A DNA stretch of 63,860 bases, filler included, from Octopus bimaculoides (GCF_001194135.2; 5 parts of 4 records of this genome joined end to end with filler, not necessarily neighbours in it); one strand, 5' to 3'. Numbered from the whole stretch's first letter, positions 37,257 to 51,854 are shown. Notes: a model not told the origin generated them from the letters alone. A program made the numbers and translations.

Positions 37257-38373
37257 ATATATTAACAATTTTTACACATCGTATTCATAACTGATATATA
37301 TATATATATATATANNNNNNNNNNNNNNNNNNNNNNNNNNNNNNNNNNNNNNNNNNNNNNNNNNNNNNNNNNNNNNNNNNNNNNNNNNNNNNNNNNNNNN
37401 NNNNNNNNNNNNNNNNNNNNNNNNNNNNNNNNNNNNNNNNNNNNNNNNNNNNNNNNNNNNNNNNNNNNNNNNNNNNNNNNNNNNNNNNNNNNNNNNNNNN
37501 NNNNNNNNNNNNNNNNNNNNNNNNNNNNNNNNNNNNNNNNNNNNNNNNNNNNNNNNNNNNNNNNNNNNNNNNNNNNNNNNNNNNNNNNNNNNNNNNNNNN
37601 NNNNNNNNNNNNNNNNNNNNNNNNNNNNNNNNNNNNNNNNNNNNNNNNNNNNNNNNNNNNNNNNNNNNNNNNNNNNNNNNNNNNNNNNNNNNNNNNNNNN
37701 NNNNNNNNNNNNNNNNNNNNNNNNNNNNNNNNNNNNNNNNNNNNNNNNNNNNNNNNNNNNNNNNNNNNNNNNNNNNNNNNNNNNNNNNNNNNNNNNNNNN
37801 NNNNNNNNNNNNNNNNNNNNNNNNNNNNNNNNNNNNNNNNNNNNNNNNNNNNNNNNNNNNNNNNNNNNNNNNNNNNAAACGATATTGATAGAATAAGTCC
37901 TAGGTATACAAAGAATAAGTCCTGGTGTCAATTTGTTCGACTAAAGGCGGTGCTCCAGTATGGCCTCAGTTAAATGACTGAAATAAGTAAAAGAATAAAA
38001 AAAAAGGAATAGATAGATAGATAATGGACTCTGAGTGTTCGACCTGCACAAGAGATTTGTTTAAAGTGATCAAATATTCGTGCCTCACCTGAACAGGTGT
38101 TTGGTGTACCGCACGTCAGGATTCGTGGTGATTGAAGTGTAACGTGAGATGAATTGTTTCATTCAAGAACACAACGAATCATCAGCCTCGGATTGAAATC
38201 ACTATCGCTACATCGTGAGTGTAACACCCTAACCACTAGGCCATTTGCCCTTACATAAACACAAATATATTTTTTTATATAGAGGTGTATGTGTGTGTTT
38301 GTGCATGTATAACTACATTTATATTTGTATGTATATATTATATACACAAACACACACAGAGACTGAAATATAC

Positions 38374-38410
<37 letters not shown>

Positions 38411-39325
38411 NNNNNNNNNNNNNNNNNNNNNNNNNNNNNNNNNNNNNNNNNNNNNNNNNNNNNNNNNNNNNNNNNNNNNNNNNNNNNNNNNNNNNNNNNN
38501 NNNNNNNNNNNNNNNNNNNNNNNNNNNNNNNNNNNNNNNNNNNNNNNNNNNNNNNNNNNNNNNNNNNNNNNNNNNNNNNNNNNNNNNNNNNNNNNNNNNN
38601 NNNNNNNNNNNNNNNNNNNNNNNNNNNNNNNNNNNNNNNNNNNNNNNNNNNNNNNNNNNNNNNNNNNNNNNNNNNNNNNNNNNNNNNNNNNNNNNNNNNN
38701 NNNNNNNNNNNNNNNNNNNNNNNNNNNNNNNNNNNNNNNNNNNNNNNNNNNNNNNNNNNNNNNNNNNNNNNNNNNNNNNNNNNNNNNNNNNNNNNNNNNN
38801 NNNNNNNNNNNNNNNNNNNNNNNNNNNNNNNNNNNNNNNNNNNNNNNNNNNNNNNNNNNNNNNNNNNNNNNNNNNNNNNNNNNNNNNNNNNNNNNNNNNN
38901 NNNNNNNNNNNNNNNNNNNNNNNNNNNNNNNNNNNNNNNNNNNNNNNNNNNNNNNNNNNNNNNNNNNNNNNNNNNNNNNNNNNNNNNNNNNNNNNNNNNN
39001 NNNNNNNNNNNNNNNNNNNNNNNNNNNNNNNNNNNNNNNNNNNNNNNNNNNNNNNNNNNNNNNNNNNNNNNNNNNNNNNNNNNNNNNNNNNNNNNNNNNN
39101 NNNNNNNNNNNNNNNNNNNNNNNNNNNNNNNNNNNNNNNNNNNNNNNNNNNNNNNNNNNNNNNNNNNNNNNNNCACACTGATATATAGAAAAATTTAATA
39201 AGTAAATACACTAAAAAGGCCTATAATAAAAATACAAAGTATTTTTAGTGTATTTACTTATTAAATTTTTTTATATGTGACTGTGGATTTTCAAGTATGA
39301 ATTCAAGAATTGTGTTTTTGTCTCT

Positions 39326-39360
<35 letters not shown>

Positions 39361-39973
39361 GTGTATATGTACATATATATATTTCTATCTCCTTTCTTTC
39401 TTACACTCTTTATTATATTCTCTTCTCTAGCTGTGCCCTCTGCACATTCTGATCGAATCGTCCGTGCGTCGACATGTACCTCCTTACGACAATGTAAACA
39501 TTATTTAATCAAGATACCCTTGGCTTGCCGTATACATCTCGCTTGGACATTTACTGCTTCCAAGGTTCCGCTCGCTAATCTTTTATCTTTAATAAATTTT
39601 ATTCTTAATAAATTTTTTCTTTCCTAATTTTTTCATTCATAATTTTTCCATTCATAATTTTTCATTCATATTTTTATTATTACGTTTGTAGAAATAAATA
39701 ATCTTGCATTTTTCTATTATTCAATTGATTTTTAATTATAATTAAATAAACGTCTTTAACTTTAAATAGTATAGCTTTAACTATTACACCGGTTAAATAT
39801 GTACTAATTTTATCTTCATTATTATTTTAAACTTAAACTTCGTTTTTCTGTTTGGCCGGAAATTGTCTTGTGACGAGAACAGTCACCATTCAAGACAATG
39901 ACAACCACCACACCATATATATTTATTCATTTATTCATTCCTAGATGGTCTGTTCTGCACATTTAAACGCAGT

Positions 39974-40021
<48 letters not shown>

Positions 40022-40329
40022 TCTCGTTCTCTCTCACTCTTTTTCTCTCTTTCTCTCTCTCCCTCTATTGACTGTTATACGTAAAAAAAAAATTTTTAAC
40101 ATTCTGGAGTCACAACATCCAACTAAAAATTCTCACTATTACTTACTGATATTCACACATCATTTGTACTTTCATTTCACTACAACTTTCTGATATTCCT
40201 TATCAAAAATATTTCTCATTCCCTTAAGCTATTCTTCTATATGGTATACCTATTTTCCTTGCATTACTGTAACATAGCGTCCGAATTTCATTTCACTTTT
40301 ACTTACTTGTATTTATTATTAAAAAATGT

Positions 40330-40800
40330 CTCATAAAAAACGACCGTCACAAAACGATCACTAAACAAATGCATGACGTGCATCAGAAAACGACGATGAG
40401 ACACGCACACGGCTTGCAGATCAGCTGCAGAGAAAGAAAGCTTGACGTGCATCTCAAAACGAACATCAACTAAATGCACAACTTGCAGATAGCAAACAAA
40501 GAATGGCAGCTCGACGTGCAGCAGAAAACAAAGACGAAAGACATGCACGAATTGCAGCTGATCGTCTACGAAAAGTATTACATCGTATGCAAGAAACAAC
40601 ACAAAAAACTGCATACAGACTTGCAGATAGCCTACAAAGAGAGATATTGATGTTTCTTGTACTTCAATTATTACATAGTTTTCCTTTCTAAAAATGAACA
40701 CGTACAGGAGAAGTAAATTATATATATATAAATACATTCAATGTGGCTCCCGATAAACGGTAAAAGTAATTACACGATCAACGACGGGTTTTATTGCTAG
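40330..40800 (+). mobile_element. Non-autonomous Helitron remnant
   Basis: ~22-aa charged repeats (RASENDDETRTRLAD / RASQNEHQLNAQLAD / RAAENKDERHARIAADRLR) like Helitron RepHel N-termini; ends CAACGACGGG..TTGCTAG|T (CTAG 40797-40800). Confidence 0.6.
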
Positions 40801-40804
40801 TATA

Positions 40805-40857
<53 letters not shown>

Positions 40858-40957
40858 NNNNNNNNNNNNNNNNNNNNNNNNNNNNNNNNNNNNNNNNNNN
40901 NTTAATTAATTAANNNNNNNNNNNNNNNNNNNNNNNNNNNNNNNNNNNNNNNNNNNN

Positions 40958-41020
<63 letters not shown>

Positions 41021-43538
41021 TATATACCATACCCAAGTGATTATGCTCACATAAAACTATTCAATGTACACTTCCATTATCCTTAATTAATGTGTTAATT
41101 TACTTTTCCAAATTTCAGGCTTAGCGGGAGAAAGATCAGTGGTTTGCATACTGTCAATTAACTTATTCTGATTTAATATACATAGTTGCAGTTAAATAAG
41201 TGCCGCTTTCCTTTGTAAGTAGCAGCAATGGGGTCTAAATGATTAGTTTCAGTTGCTCACAGTACTTTAGTTTAGTGATTATAACTTGATGAAGGATTCA
41301 CTTGGCCAGTTTGACTAGCAATAGATATATCTTCAACGCTCGGAGGTTAGAATAGAGCTTCAGTATATCCATAGTAATTATTAATAAGGCTCGAGATATC
41401 AGAAAGAGTTGGTCTGCAATTATGAAGAAGAATTCCTTTCACTTCTAGCTGAATTCGGCAAATGAAATAAGCATCATCAACGCGTGGTACGTTTTTAGCA
41501 ACTTAAAGATGTGAAGCTCGATTCTAGGCCTCACTAAAAACTCATAAGTAGTCATTAAAGTCTTCCTTTATATTCAGCAATATTAATTTAACATGGAATA
41601 CTCTCATGAATCTTGAATATACTACAACAAATTTTGCTCATTTGAAATATGTTTCTTCAATTAGTGGTGGGTTTTGGCCTTACTGTCAAATGCATGGACT
41701 ATTTAACATTATTACAATTTTTATATTCACTAAAGTTGTTCTTGTTGCAAATGAGCATAATACAAATCTAAAAGCGCTAGTAAAGTGCTAATTTATTATT
41801 CATGTGATGCTTTTAAGAGCAATGTAAACTAAAGTCATTTATAGTAATCATTGTTTTGTTTTTGCTTTGTTTTTTTGTTTATTGATTGATGTATTGAAGT
41901 GATATTTGTTGCAAATGGAAGCTTATATTGTTTAAGTCTCGTTATCTGATAAAATGAGTAAATTATTTTAAAACTTAAGTATCACTGTATGAATATTCTT
42001 AATCATGCAGCCGTTATTTTTATAAATTCGGCTCTCTTATAATTAATCGATATTTTCCTATGTTGAACATCTGCATCTATAACATCAAGAAGTCTCGGAA
42101 CCGAAAGTTATATGGAGCGTAAATAGGAAATTTAGGAATGACATATAAACACTTAGCACATGTAAAATAAAACAGCATAAGAATGTGTTGAGTTGAAATA
42201 TATATTTTTAGTAATCATCACTCTATCTGCTCATAGACACAAAATGACTAGTTTTATTAGTCATTTCAATCCAATGTAAGGGAATTGCCATGCCTGTACT
42301 CCATTCTAGTAGAACCATGTACATTCCTTTTAAAATCAAAGCATTTCACTTCCTAAAGTAACATACACAGTTCACGCGCGTGTTAAAGTGCAAAATAAAA
42401 ATAAAAAGGACCAGTGAATGTAGAGCTTTGGGTGCTTTGCAGTTGATGTTTTGAAATGTAAAACATGTACAAGAATACACCGGGCACAATAGATATTTCA
42501 GAGATATTTAGACGTGATGGTTTGCATATATCGTTTATGCTGAATACATTGTGACAGAGAACTGATGGCTTCAAATGAATAGCTTGATTTGTAATCGTTA
42601 TGAAAGATGAAAGAGAAAATACATCAACAATAAACCAATGCTTTATAATTTCAAGTATTTTTATTATCATTGATATTGAATATATTACAGATGTTGATGC
42701 TAAAATGTATATCTCTATCTACCTAATATTATATCATTTTATAGTGTTTTCCCAGAAGATTCTCCTAGCAGGTTCAAACAAAAATAAAGTAACTGTAATC
42801 GTGGAATATATGCTATTATTTATACTATTCTGTTCTTAATATACCCTTTTAAAGGCATCGTAAATCAAAACTCTTTGATAGGAATACTGACATTGTGTAA
42901 GAGGTAGGTATCAATACAGAAGTGGAGAGTCTAATCTAAAAAGCTCAGTATTATTTTTATCGATCACGCAATATACGGTTAAATTCATATATTTTATGGG
43001 TTATAATTTCTGAACACACAGCGGTCTTGCAATAAGAGGATTCAAATTTAAAGCTACATGCTTTTCAATTAGTTTTGATATGTCAGAGTACTTTATATTG
43101 TAGAGTAATACCAAAACTATATTGCTAGTTGTCTAATTCTCAATTTTTTTACTTATAGTGACAGGAATAGGTCTGAATATACCAAATCTGAATAAAATTA
43201 AGCAAGTCAGGCACCAATATTTCGGTTTCTCTGATATCCTTTTTTGAGTAACACTTGTTCGTTCTCGCTTCCTGATACTCTCTCACCCTCGTTCTCTGTA
43301 TATTATACATGTGTGTGCATATTTGTGTGTGAGCGCATGTGTGTACGTGCGTGAGTGTGTGTGTGTTTCTGACAATATATAAAATATGATAAACCAAATA
43401 TAAAAATATACATATACTAACATTATTCTGCGTCTAATGACTGTTGGTATTTTCGAAAAAAAATTAATCATGTATGTGTGTATGCATGTATGTATGTATG
43501 TATGTATGTATGTATGCATATGTATGTGTGTGTCTGTA

Positions 43539-43582
<44 letters not shown>

Positions 43583-44489
43583 AACATACATATATACAAA
43601 GCTACATAAGTCGCTACTCGCGTTTCCTGTCTCTTCAGAGGATAGGTATTGCGGTTCCTAAAAACTTTACTTTATACCCATTAATTTCATCTAATCAGTC
43701 GACAAAGGTAGGAGACTCATGTAAATTCAGGTATGAGTACATAATGTTACTTCACTCTATTTAACAGTATTGAGTANNNNNNNNNNNNNNNNNNNNNNNN
43801 NNNNNNNNNNNNNNNNNNNNNNNNNNNNNNNNNNNNNNNNNNNNNNNNNNNNNNNNNNNNNNNNNNNNNNNNNNNNNNNNNNNNNNNNNNNNNNNNNNNN
43901 NNNNNNNNNNNNNNNNNNNNNNNNNNNNNNNNNNNNNNNNNNNNNNNNNNNNNNNNNNNNNNNNNNNNNNNNNNNNNNNNNNNNNNNNNNNNNNNNNNNN
44001 NNNNNNNNNNNNNNNNNNNNNNNNNNNNTAGTTTTATAGGTACAATTTTTTAAATTTCTATGCCTTGTTTAATACTATTTTTTTGTTCGATGTTTCTATT
44101 TGTAATAATAAGCAGGTGTAGATGTAATGGACATATTAGTTTCGCTCCTGCTACTTGTCTATTAATTTCTAGGCAGCGTTTGTGTTTTTAACGCTATTCA
44201 CACTTCCGGATTGAAGAACTACCCAGATGTCGAAACCATAGTGTGATCCGTCAGGCAGCTGATGATGGAAACATACATTTGATATGCTTGTTGACTGTGA
44301 AACTTTTACACCTTACTATCCCGTTATTCTGAGCTGTCCTCCATTCTCGTAAGGTTGAACTTATTAAAGGGTGCATGGTTTATGATTGTGTTATTTTTTT
44401 GTATTATTACATGTATTGATATTTCTTGATTGTCTTCATCGGTAGTCTAACTATTCAAGGATAATACTTAGGAGTTTCTAATTACTCGG

Positions 44490-45077
44490 TGATTGTACCA
44501 TGTGTGTCCAGTACCAAATCCTCATTTCTGGCATAGTTTCAAATGTAAAACTTTTACAACCTGGTCGTGCCTCCATTTCTTATACTCTTCCTGTGCCAAC
44601 TTGGAGCATTCTTCCACAATGTGTGCCACTGTCTCGTTCCAAGTTCCAAAGGTTCTACATTTTTCAGACACATTCTCTCCATATATTTTTTTCTCAAGTT
44701 TGTTTTTATCGCTTGATCTTAGGCTGCTACAATTAGGCTCTCTGTTTCTTTTTTTAATTGCCCCTTTTTAAACCAAGACCAGGATTTTGTTCCACATATG
44801 TCTTCAGCGGCTCTCCAAAATTGGCCATGCAGAGGTTTCTCTTTAATCTGTCTGACGTGCTCTCTTTGTATTTCATTCTTGTCCTTTGCTCCTATTACAC
44901 GCCTGACCACCTGTTCTTTACTTACTGTCTTTAGTAGTTTTTCTGTGCTGCTCTGTAAATAATCTACAAGGTTCATTCTTTCTATCTGTACACATTCTTC
45001 TACTGCTATTAAGCATTTTCCACCCTGGTCTCTCCTGAAGTACAACCGGTTGATATCAGCTTTCGGATGGTGGGCTC

Positions 45078-45080
<3 letters not shown>
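44490..45080 (-). mobile_element. R4/Dong-like (RLE) non-LTR retrotransposon fragment
   Basis: HPKADINRLYFRRDQGG, KPLHGQFW, KKETESLIVAA*DQAI and zinc-knuckle region KCRTFGTWNETVAHIVEECSKLAQEEYKKWRHDQV; abuts a long (TTA)n. Confidence 0.88.

Positions 45081-45168
<88 letters not shown>
45080..45168. repeat. (TTA)n microsatellite
   Basis: Direct reading; similar trinucleotide tracts at 5088-5170, 8472-8541, 45647-45706, 48118-48268 and 54716-54850. Confidence 0.97.
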
Positions 45169-45645
45169 NNNNNNNNNNNNNNNNNNNNNNNNNNNNNNNN
45201 NNNNNNNNNNNNNNNNNNNNNNNNNNNNNNNNNNNNNNNNNNNNNNNNNNNNNNNNNNNNNNNNNNNNNNNNNNNNNNNNNNNNNNNNNNNNNNNNNNNN
45301 NNNNNNNNNNNNNNNNNNNNNNNNNNNNNNNNNNNNNNNNNNNNNNNNNNNNNNNNNNNNNNNNNNNNNNNNNNNNNNNNNNNNNNNNNNNNNNNNNNNN
45401 NNNNNNNNNNNNNNNNNNNNNNNNNNNNNNNNNNNNNNNNNNNNNNNNNNNNNNNNNNNNNNNNNNNNNNNNNNNNNNNNNNNNNNNNNNNNNNNNNNNN
45501 NNNNNNNNNNNNNNNNNNNNNNNNNNNNNNNNNNNNNNNNNNNNNNNNNNNNNNNCGAGATGTCGAAATATTGTTCACTTAATAACAGTCGCACTCTTCT
45601 TTATTGCCTCCTTACTTTCTAGAGGAGTAACCTCAATCCTATAAA

Positions 45646-45706
<61 letters not shown>

Positions 45707-45768
45707 TAAAACAGCTAGATTCAGTCTGGTGCAACTTAAAGTATCGTAGTCGGGCTGAGGTAACCGGA

Positions 45769-45820
<52 letters not shown>

Positions 45821-47056
45821 AAATCGTTCGCAAAACTACGAATAACGCAAATAAAAAAAGTATATGGTTTATGAATATGTATGATCGAATAGATACAAAA
45901 AGAGCAGGATAAAGGTGTTATGGAGAAAGGCAATGTTTATTAGAGAATAAATGTGAAAACGAATACGAATGTGAAAAGCTTATGTTTACTTAAGCAACTG
46001 ACTTAATTGAGACACTGTGAATGAGATGAATGTATTTTAGTGTACGGTGTATTCAAGAATAGGTGAATTGAGATAAAGAAGGTAACACTAATATAAAGGA
46101 AGTGTGGAAGACAGAGAAAAAAAGAAAATGAGACGATGGAGTAAAGAGATATATATTGACAGTAAAAAAAGATCCCAGGTTACTGGAGGTTAAAACATAA
46201 AAATCAATACGATAATATCAAGTGAAATAACATAAAATAAAGTGAAAGTGTGTACAAAATTCTACAGCCAAATTCGAGTTAGAAGAAAACAGGAGTAAGT
46301 TTATTAATAGACCATGAAATAATCTGAACTGGTTTCCATTTTCGACTCTGGTACTTGCACTAGAATTATAGTTATCGACCCCAAAATGGTAAATACCAGT
46401 GCAAGGATTTGAACTCAGAGCACAAGACATTTTTCCAAACTCTAACGTTCCTACCAACTTACTGCCTAAATCTATGCGTTTTCATTAGCTTTGACACTTC
46501 AATCTAATAGATAACGTCTTCTCCAAAACGTTTAATTCTTGCTTCTTTCCCGATGTATTCAGTCAGTTACTCACATAAGCATTCAGGTTTCTTTTTCTTT
46601 TATTTTCGTTTACACTCTTCCCTTGAAGATACATTCTTTCTCCCTAAGACCACCTCAACTTATTGTGACAACAGCCTTCGTAGTTCATCGAACGATTTGC
46701 CTCTTCTTTCTTTCCTTTTTACCTTTTTTCTTTATATTTCTCTAATCTACCATTCTTTTTTCTTTTGTGTCTGACAACTTCATCTTCATATCATATTTCT
46801 AGCCTTGTAGTCAAAACTTAAAAAACATCAAATGGTAAATCTTAAGTTTTACAATCTTGGTTTTTAAAAGTCATGGTTTGATGTAATATGTATACATCAT
46901 TTATATAAGATTCTAATTTATAATAAAACCTTTACTCGTGTCAAGCAACAGCAAAGTGGAATTCAGGGTAGTGGAGTATTGTAAAATCTCAATTACTGAT
47001 TACTGCTCTTATAACATGTGTATGTATGCATATATGCATGTATGTATGTATGTGTG

Positions 47057-47101
<45 letters not shown>

Positions 47102-47589
47102 GTATGTATGCATATGAATGTGTGTGTGATTGTGTAAGTGTGTGCGTGCGCGCGCGCGTGTGTGTGTATAGATATATGTGCATATANNNNNNNNNNNNNN
47201 NNNNNNNNNNNNNNNNNNNNNNNNNNNNNNNNNNNNNNNNNNNNNNNNNNNNNNNNNNNNNNNNNNNNNNNNNNNNNNNNNNNNNNNNNNNNNNNNNNNN
47301 NNNNNNNNNNNNNNNNNNNNNNNNNNNNNNNNNNNNNNNNNNNNNNNNNNNNNNNNNNNNNNNNNNNNNNNNNNNTATATATATATATTGTTGGACTGGT
47401 TGTTAATGACAACCAGACTTCTCCTTTTGATATTTGCAAACTAAATGGCCTGACCATGTTCTTTTGAACTTGTCACAGCCAGAAATACACATATACACCG
47501 TGTACACACACACACACACACGCACACACGCACACGCACACGCACGCATACACACACACACACACACACACATACATAAAGATATTTTA

Positions 47590-47651
<62 letters not shown>

Positions 47652-48130
47652 CGTGTGTCTGTTGTTAGTATTATCACACAAGCATGAAATACAATTAAGC
47701 AACACAAATTTCAATATATTTTGGTAGAGTAGGGTAATGTTTATTCAGAATCAGAATCAAAGTTTTTGGATCTTGATCTTCGGATTTCAAAGCTAGGAAC
47801 AAGCAACTCCGAGTAGTGACTTAACCTAAACTTCAAATTTGCATAAGTGTGCGATGTGTATATGTGCATACATATATTGTGTGTGCGCGTGTGTATGTAT
47901 GTGCGTATCTATATACTTCTTGTACACTGACTATATTCATGCCAGTCAAATGTAATATATTACTACATACAGTTTCGTGCATAAGAATAAATGATTGTTT
48001 ATCAACAGCGGTTTCAGTGGTTTGAGATCAATAGTATCAATAATCACTAAAATATGTTTTTCATTCATTATTCTACTTGAAACGCTGTTGTCTGTTCTGG
48101 TAACAAAATTTATCCATATTATTATTATTA

Positions 48131-48188
<58 letters not shown>

Positions 48189-48202
48189 CATCNNNNNNNN
48201 NN

Positions 48203-48269
<67 letters not shown>

Positions 48270-48769
48270 CAATTACTATTATCATCATTCTATTATCGTC
48301 ATTGTTACAATTATTATTGTCCTTTTTACTGTAATTCATTCTTTTCTAGCCACAAACAAATTTCCAGTGATTTGCAGCTGCTCTTGTGATCACTAGCTTC
48401 TCTTAGAAGTTTTCTTCTTCACTTAACATTATAAAAAAAAGGAATATTTTTTTCCATACAATCTGTGAATTTCTTTATCTTCTTAATTTATGCTAGATTT
48501 CTTGAGGAAATGGAATGCCATGCATAGAAGTGAAAGAATTGCTAAGACATATTCTGAATAAATATAGACACCTTTCCACCTACACCTATACGCGCATACA
48601 CACACACGCACGCGCATGAGGGAATTAAGTTATATAGTTTGCAAGGGATAACTGTAGATACCACATGTAACTATCAGATTTTTATACATAAATCAAAATG
48701 CTTAAAAATCTGAAGAGATGTGCGTGCATACATATATACATAGAAATGTATGTACACATGCATATAAAG

Positions 48770-49085
48770 AAGAACCCCATCAATCATGAATGACCATGGG
48801 ATTGCACCTAGAATGTTACCCTCCAAAGCACAAGTCCGGACAAGGTTGTTTATGGAAAACCAACAATCACCCATGCATACCCCTCTCTACATCATCGATG
48901 TTATTCAATGGAAAGGCAAAGACTGATACAGCTTGGCAACTCATTTCTACAGATGAGTGAACTGGAGCAACGTGAAATAAAGTGTCTTGCTCAACAGCAC
49001 AACGCACAGCTCGGTCCGGGAATCGAACTCACTACCCCATGATTGTGAGCCCGATGCTCTAACCACTAAGCTATGCGCCTTCACA

Positions 49086-49090
<5 letters not shown>
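48770..49090 (-). mobile_element. tRNA-derived SINE family C (V-domain-like)
   Basis: A box TAGCTTAGTGG, B box GAGTTCGATTCC, then TTGAGCAAGACACTTTATTTCACGTTGCTCCAGTTCACTCA. Related heads at 38130-38250(-) and 30990-31060(-). Confidence 0.8.
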
Positions 49091-49139
<49 letters not shown>

Positions 49140-49147
49140 TACATACA

Positions 49148-49179
<32 letters not shown>

Positions 49180-49569
49180 CGAATAATCACAGTCCACTGG
49201 AACCAATGTTATAATACATATAGGTACACTATTCTGAGCAGTGGATTGATTAATATTGACAATTGATTGCAGGAACAAATATCTTCCTTTGTTAACTTTC
49301 GATACCAGCCACCCCAGCCCTGCCTATACGATGAGTCATTTTGTCATTCGATAAAATAAGCACCAATGATATACTGGAGTTCATTCAATCTACTTTACTG
49401 TTGCCACTGCTAACTTTAATATTGTTCTTAATAAAAAGAAATAAACATTTGAGATATTATGTGGTATACATTGTATGATGCAGATAGGCCAATTCAACGA
49501 CTACTTTTTGATTTCCACTTTTGGCCATTTCATATTGCTAATGACGTCAATGATGATATGGACATCACA

Positions 49570-50200
49570 CAATCTCATTTACTCCTACGTATAATGTGTC
49601 AATGATTGTAGCCTCTTCTGAAGTAAATAATTTGCAGTATGTGCTTAGAAGTGTCTATCTTACACTTAAACAACCAGCATTGACCAGTCAAAAATTCATG
49701 CGTTGACCTGTCATACGAGCACATAAAGTATTAGTTTTTGATTGTATCGATGAGAATAATTTAAATTTTAAATTCTTTTGAAATCATTCGCTCATTTCGT
49801 ATGATTGAATCAAGGCGTAATTTGGACAGAAACGGTAAAGTGAGATAGTTCCGGAGAAGTGCGTAGGCTTTTATTAGAAACTAATTTCGAAAACGTATTC
49901 TGCTCACGTGTTTGAAAATGTAGCTTGTGTGTAGCTTCTCCTACACATCCGATATGTGTAGGAGCTTGTCTTAGCTTTCGTAGTGTTAAGAGATAGAGTC
50001 AATGCCGGCCTAGGCAAAAACCACAGACTTTGTTAATATTTTAGGATGTGCATAGGAAGACGAGGGACCTATTCAATTGGAGTTTTGTTTGGCTTTAGAA
50101 TTGTTTGGTTTTAGATTTTGAATATTTGCATGTTGGTACGAGGAGTTGTAGATTTTAGTGATGTTTTAGGTGAATATTCGTGATGTTATTTGACCAATAA
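49570..50200 (-). mobile_element. Older, highly degraded Penelope-like GIY-YIG fragment
   Basis: Minus-strand frameshifted pieces LTKSVVFA, SYTY/IGC and YCKLFTSEEATII..VNE are collinear with the VVYQA, TYIGC and CKLCLEE..VNTRDE motifs of the 52-53.8 kb element. Confidence 0.45.
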
Positions 50201-50901
50201 ATGCAAATATTTAGCATATTTGCATTTATCTATTGTTCTTGGAAGTGACTAGTGACAGAAAGAAGTCCAAAATCATGTTCTGGTTGGGAGGGATTGCTTT
50301 TCGTTTTATGTGCCTGGCTGTTTGTGTATATTATATTTGTGCGTGGTAGTGAGTGAAGTGATACATAGATAGGCAGATGAATAGACAAAATAATGTATAT
50401 ATATACACGGTACATATATATATATATATATANNNNNNNNNNNNNNNNNNNNNNNNNNNNNNNNNNNNNNNNNNNNNNNNNNNNNNNNNNNNNNNNNNNN
50501 NNNNNNNNNNNNNNNNNNNNNNNNNNNNNNNNNNNNNNNNNNNNNNNNNNNNNNNNNNNNNNNNNNNNNNNNNNNNNNNNNNNNNNNNNNNNNNNNNNNN
50601 NNNNNNNNNNNNNNNNNNNNNNNNNNNNNNNNNNNNNNNNNNNNNNNNNNNNNNNNNNNNNNNNNNNNNNNNNNNNNNNNNNNNNNNNNNNNNNNNNNNN
50701 NNNNNNNNNNNNNNNNNNNNNNNNNNNNNNNNNNNNNNNNNNNNNNNNNNNNNNNNNNNNNNNNNNNNNNNNNNNNNNNNNNNNNNNNNNNNNNNNNNNN
50801 NNNNNNNNNNNNNNNNNNNNNNNNNNNNNNNNNNNNNNNNNNNNNNNNNNAATTGTTAATTATTAATTTTATTACTAATTGACGATTCCCTGCCCTATAT
50901 A

Positions 50902-50939
<38 letters not shown>

Positions 50940-51009
50940 TGTGTGTGAGTGTGTGTGTACATGTATGTATGTATGTGTGTGTGTGTATGCATAAATATAT
51001 ATATGCAGG

Positions 51010-51077
<68 letters not shown>

Positions 51078-51854
51078 CAGACAGAGACTATTTCTGACAT
51101 ATAATTTCTAAATAAAGCTAGAAAATGAGAGAATCATTTGAGAAATTCTTTCAAATAGACGCAAAGTGAATATCTGCAGATGAAAAGCATATACAGTCGT
51201 TTAATTTAACCTCACTATATTACAACTAGGGCTTTTAATCGTTCTTGAAGAAGTAGAGGGCAAAAAAATTCCAGCAAGATTTAAAGGATATGTAGAAGCT
51301 ATAATCTCTAATCTGTAAATCAGTTGTAGGTTTCTGTTTTCTGTCAAACCAATGCCCTTGGATGTCCGGGTGTTTCCAGTCACGAATTAAAAAATATTCG
51401 GTGCCTATGGTTTCTTTTTATGGTTTTTTTCTTTTTTGGTTCTTTTGGGGGAGGGGGGTTAATATTAAACTTTTTTTCTCGACATAATACACCAATCAAA
51501 TGTTGATATGAAAAGATAATCGTATTTCGAAATATTTAAACAAGTTTACCAAAGTTATTCGCAAAGAAGACCTCATTATCAGTCGAATTAGAGGCAAAAA
51601 ATATTAGGGCATCGAGTATTAAATTGGCCTCGAACAATAAAAGAACGACTTTGAAAGCAAAAATGATTTAGGTAATTAATTTGAATTCTTATAATTATTC
51701 TGATATCAGTCACTTAAAAATAAAGAAACATTTTTTCTAATTAAAAAATATTAACTACGTATAAAAAGTTATATCGCCCGGAACCAAGAACATATTTGCA
51801 TGTATATAATGGCGAAATACTAGTGGTAACATAATTTCTTCAAGTATATATATA

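Noticed and set aside
44205-44280. TTGAAGA..CGAAAC and CTGATGATGGAAAC as hammerheads
   Set aside because: No convincing stem I or stem II pairing.
49020-49090. tRNA-like sequences with A/B boxes (also 30990-31060 and 38190-38250)
   Set aside because: They continue into SINE bodies and lack a complete cloverleaf acceptor stem; SINE heads, not tRNA genes.
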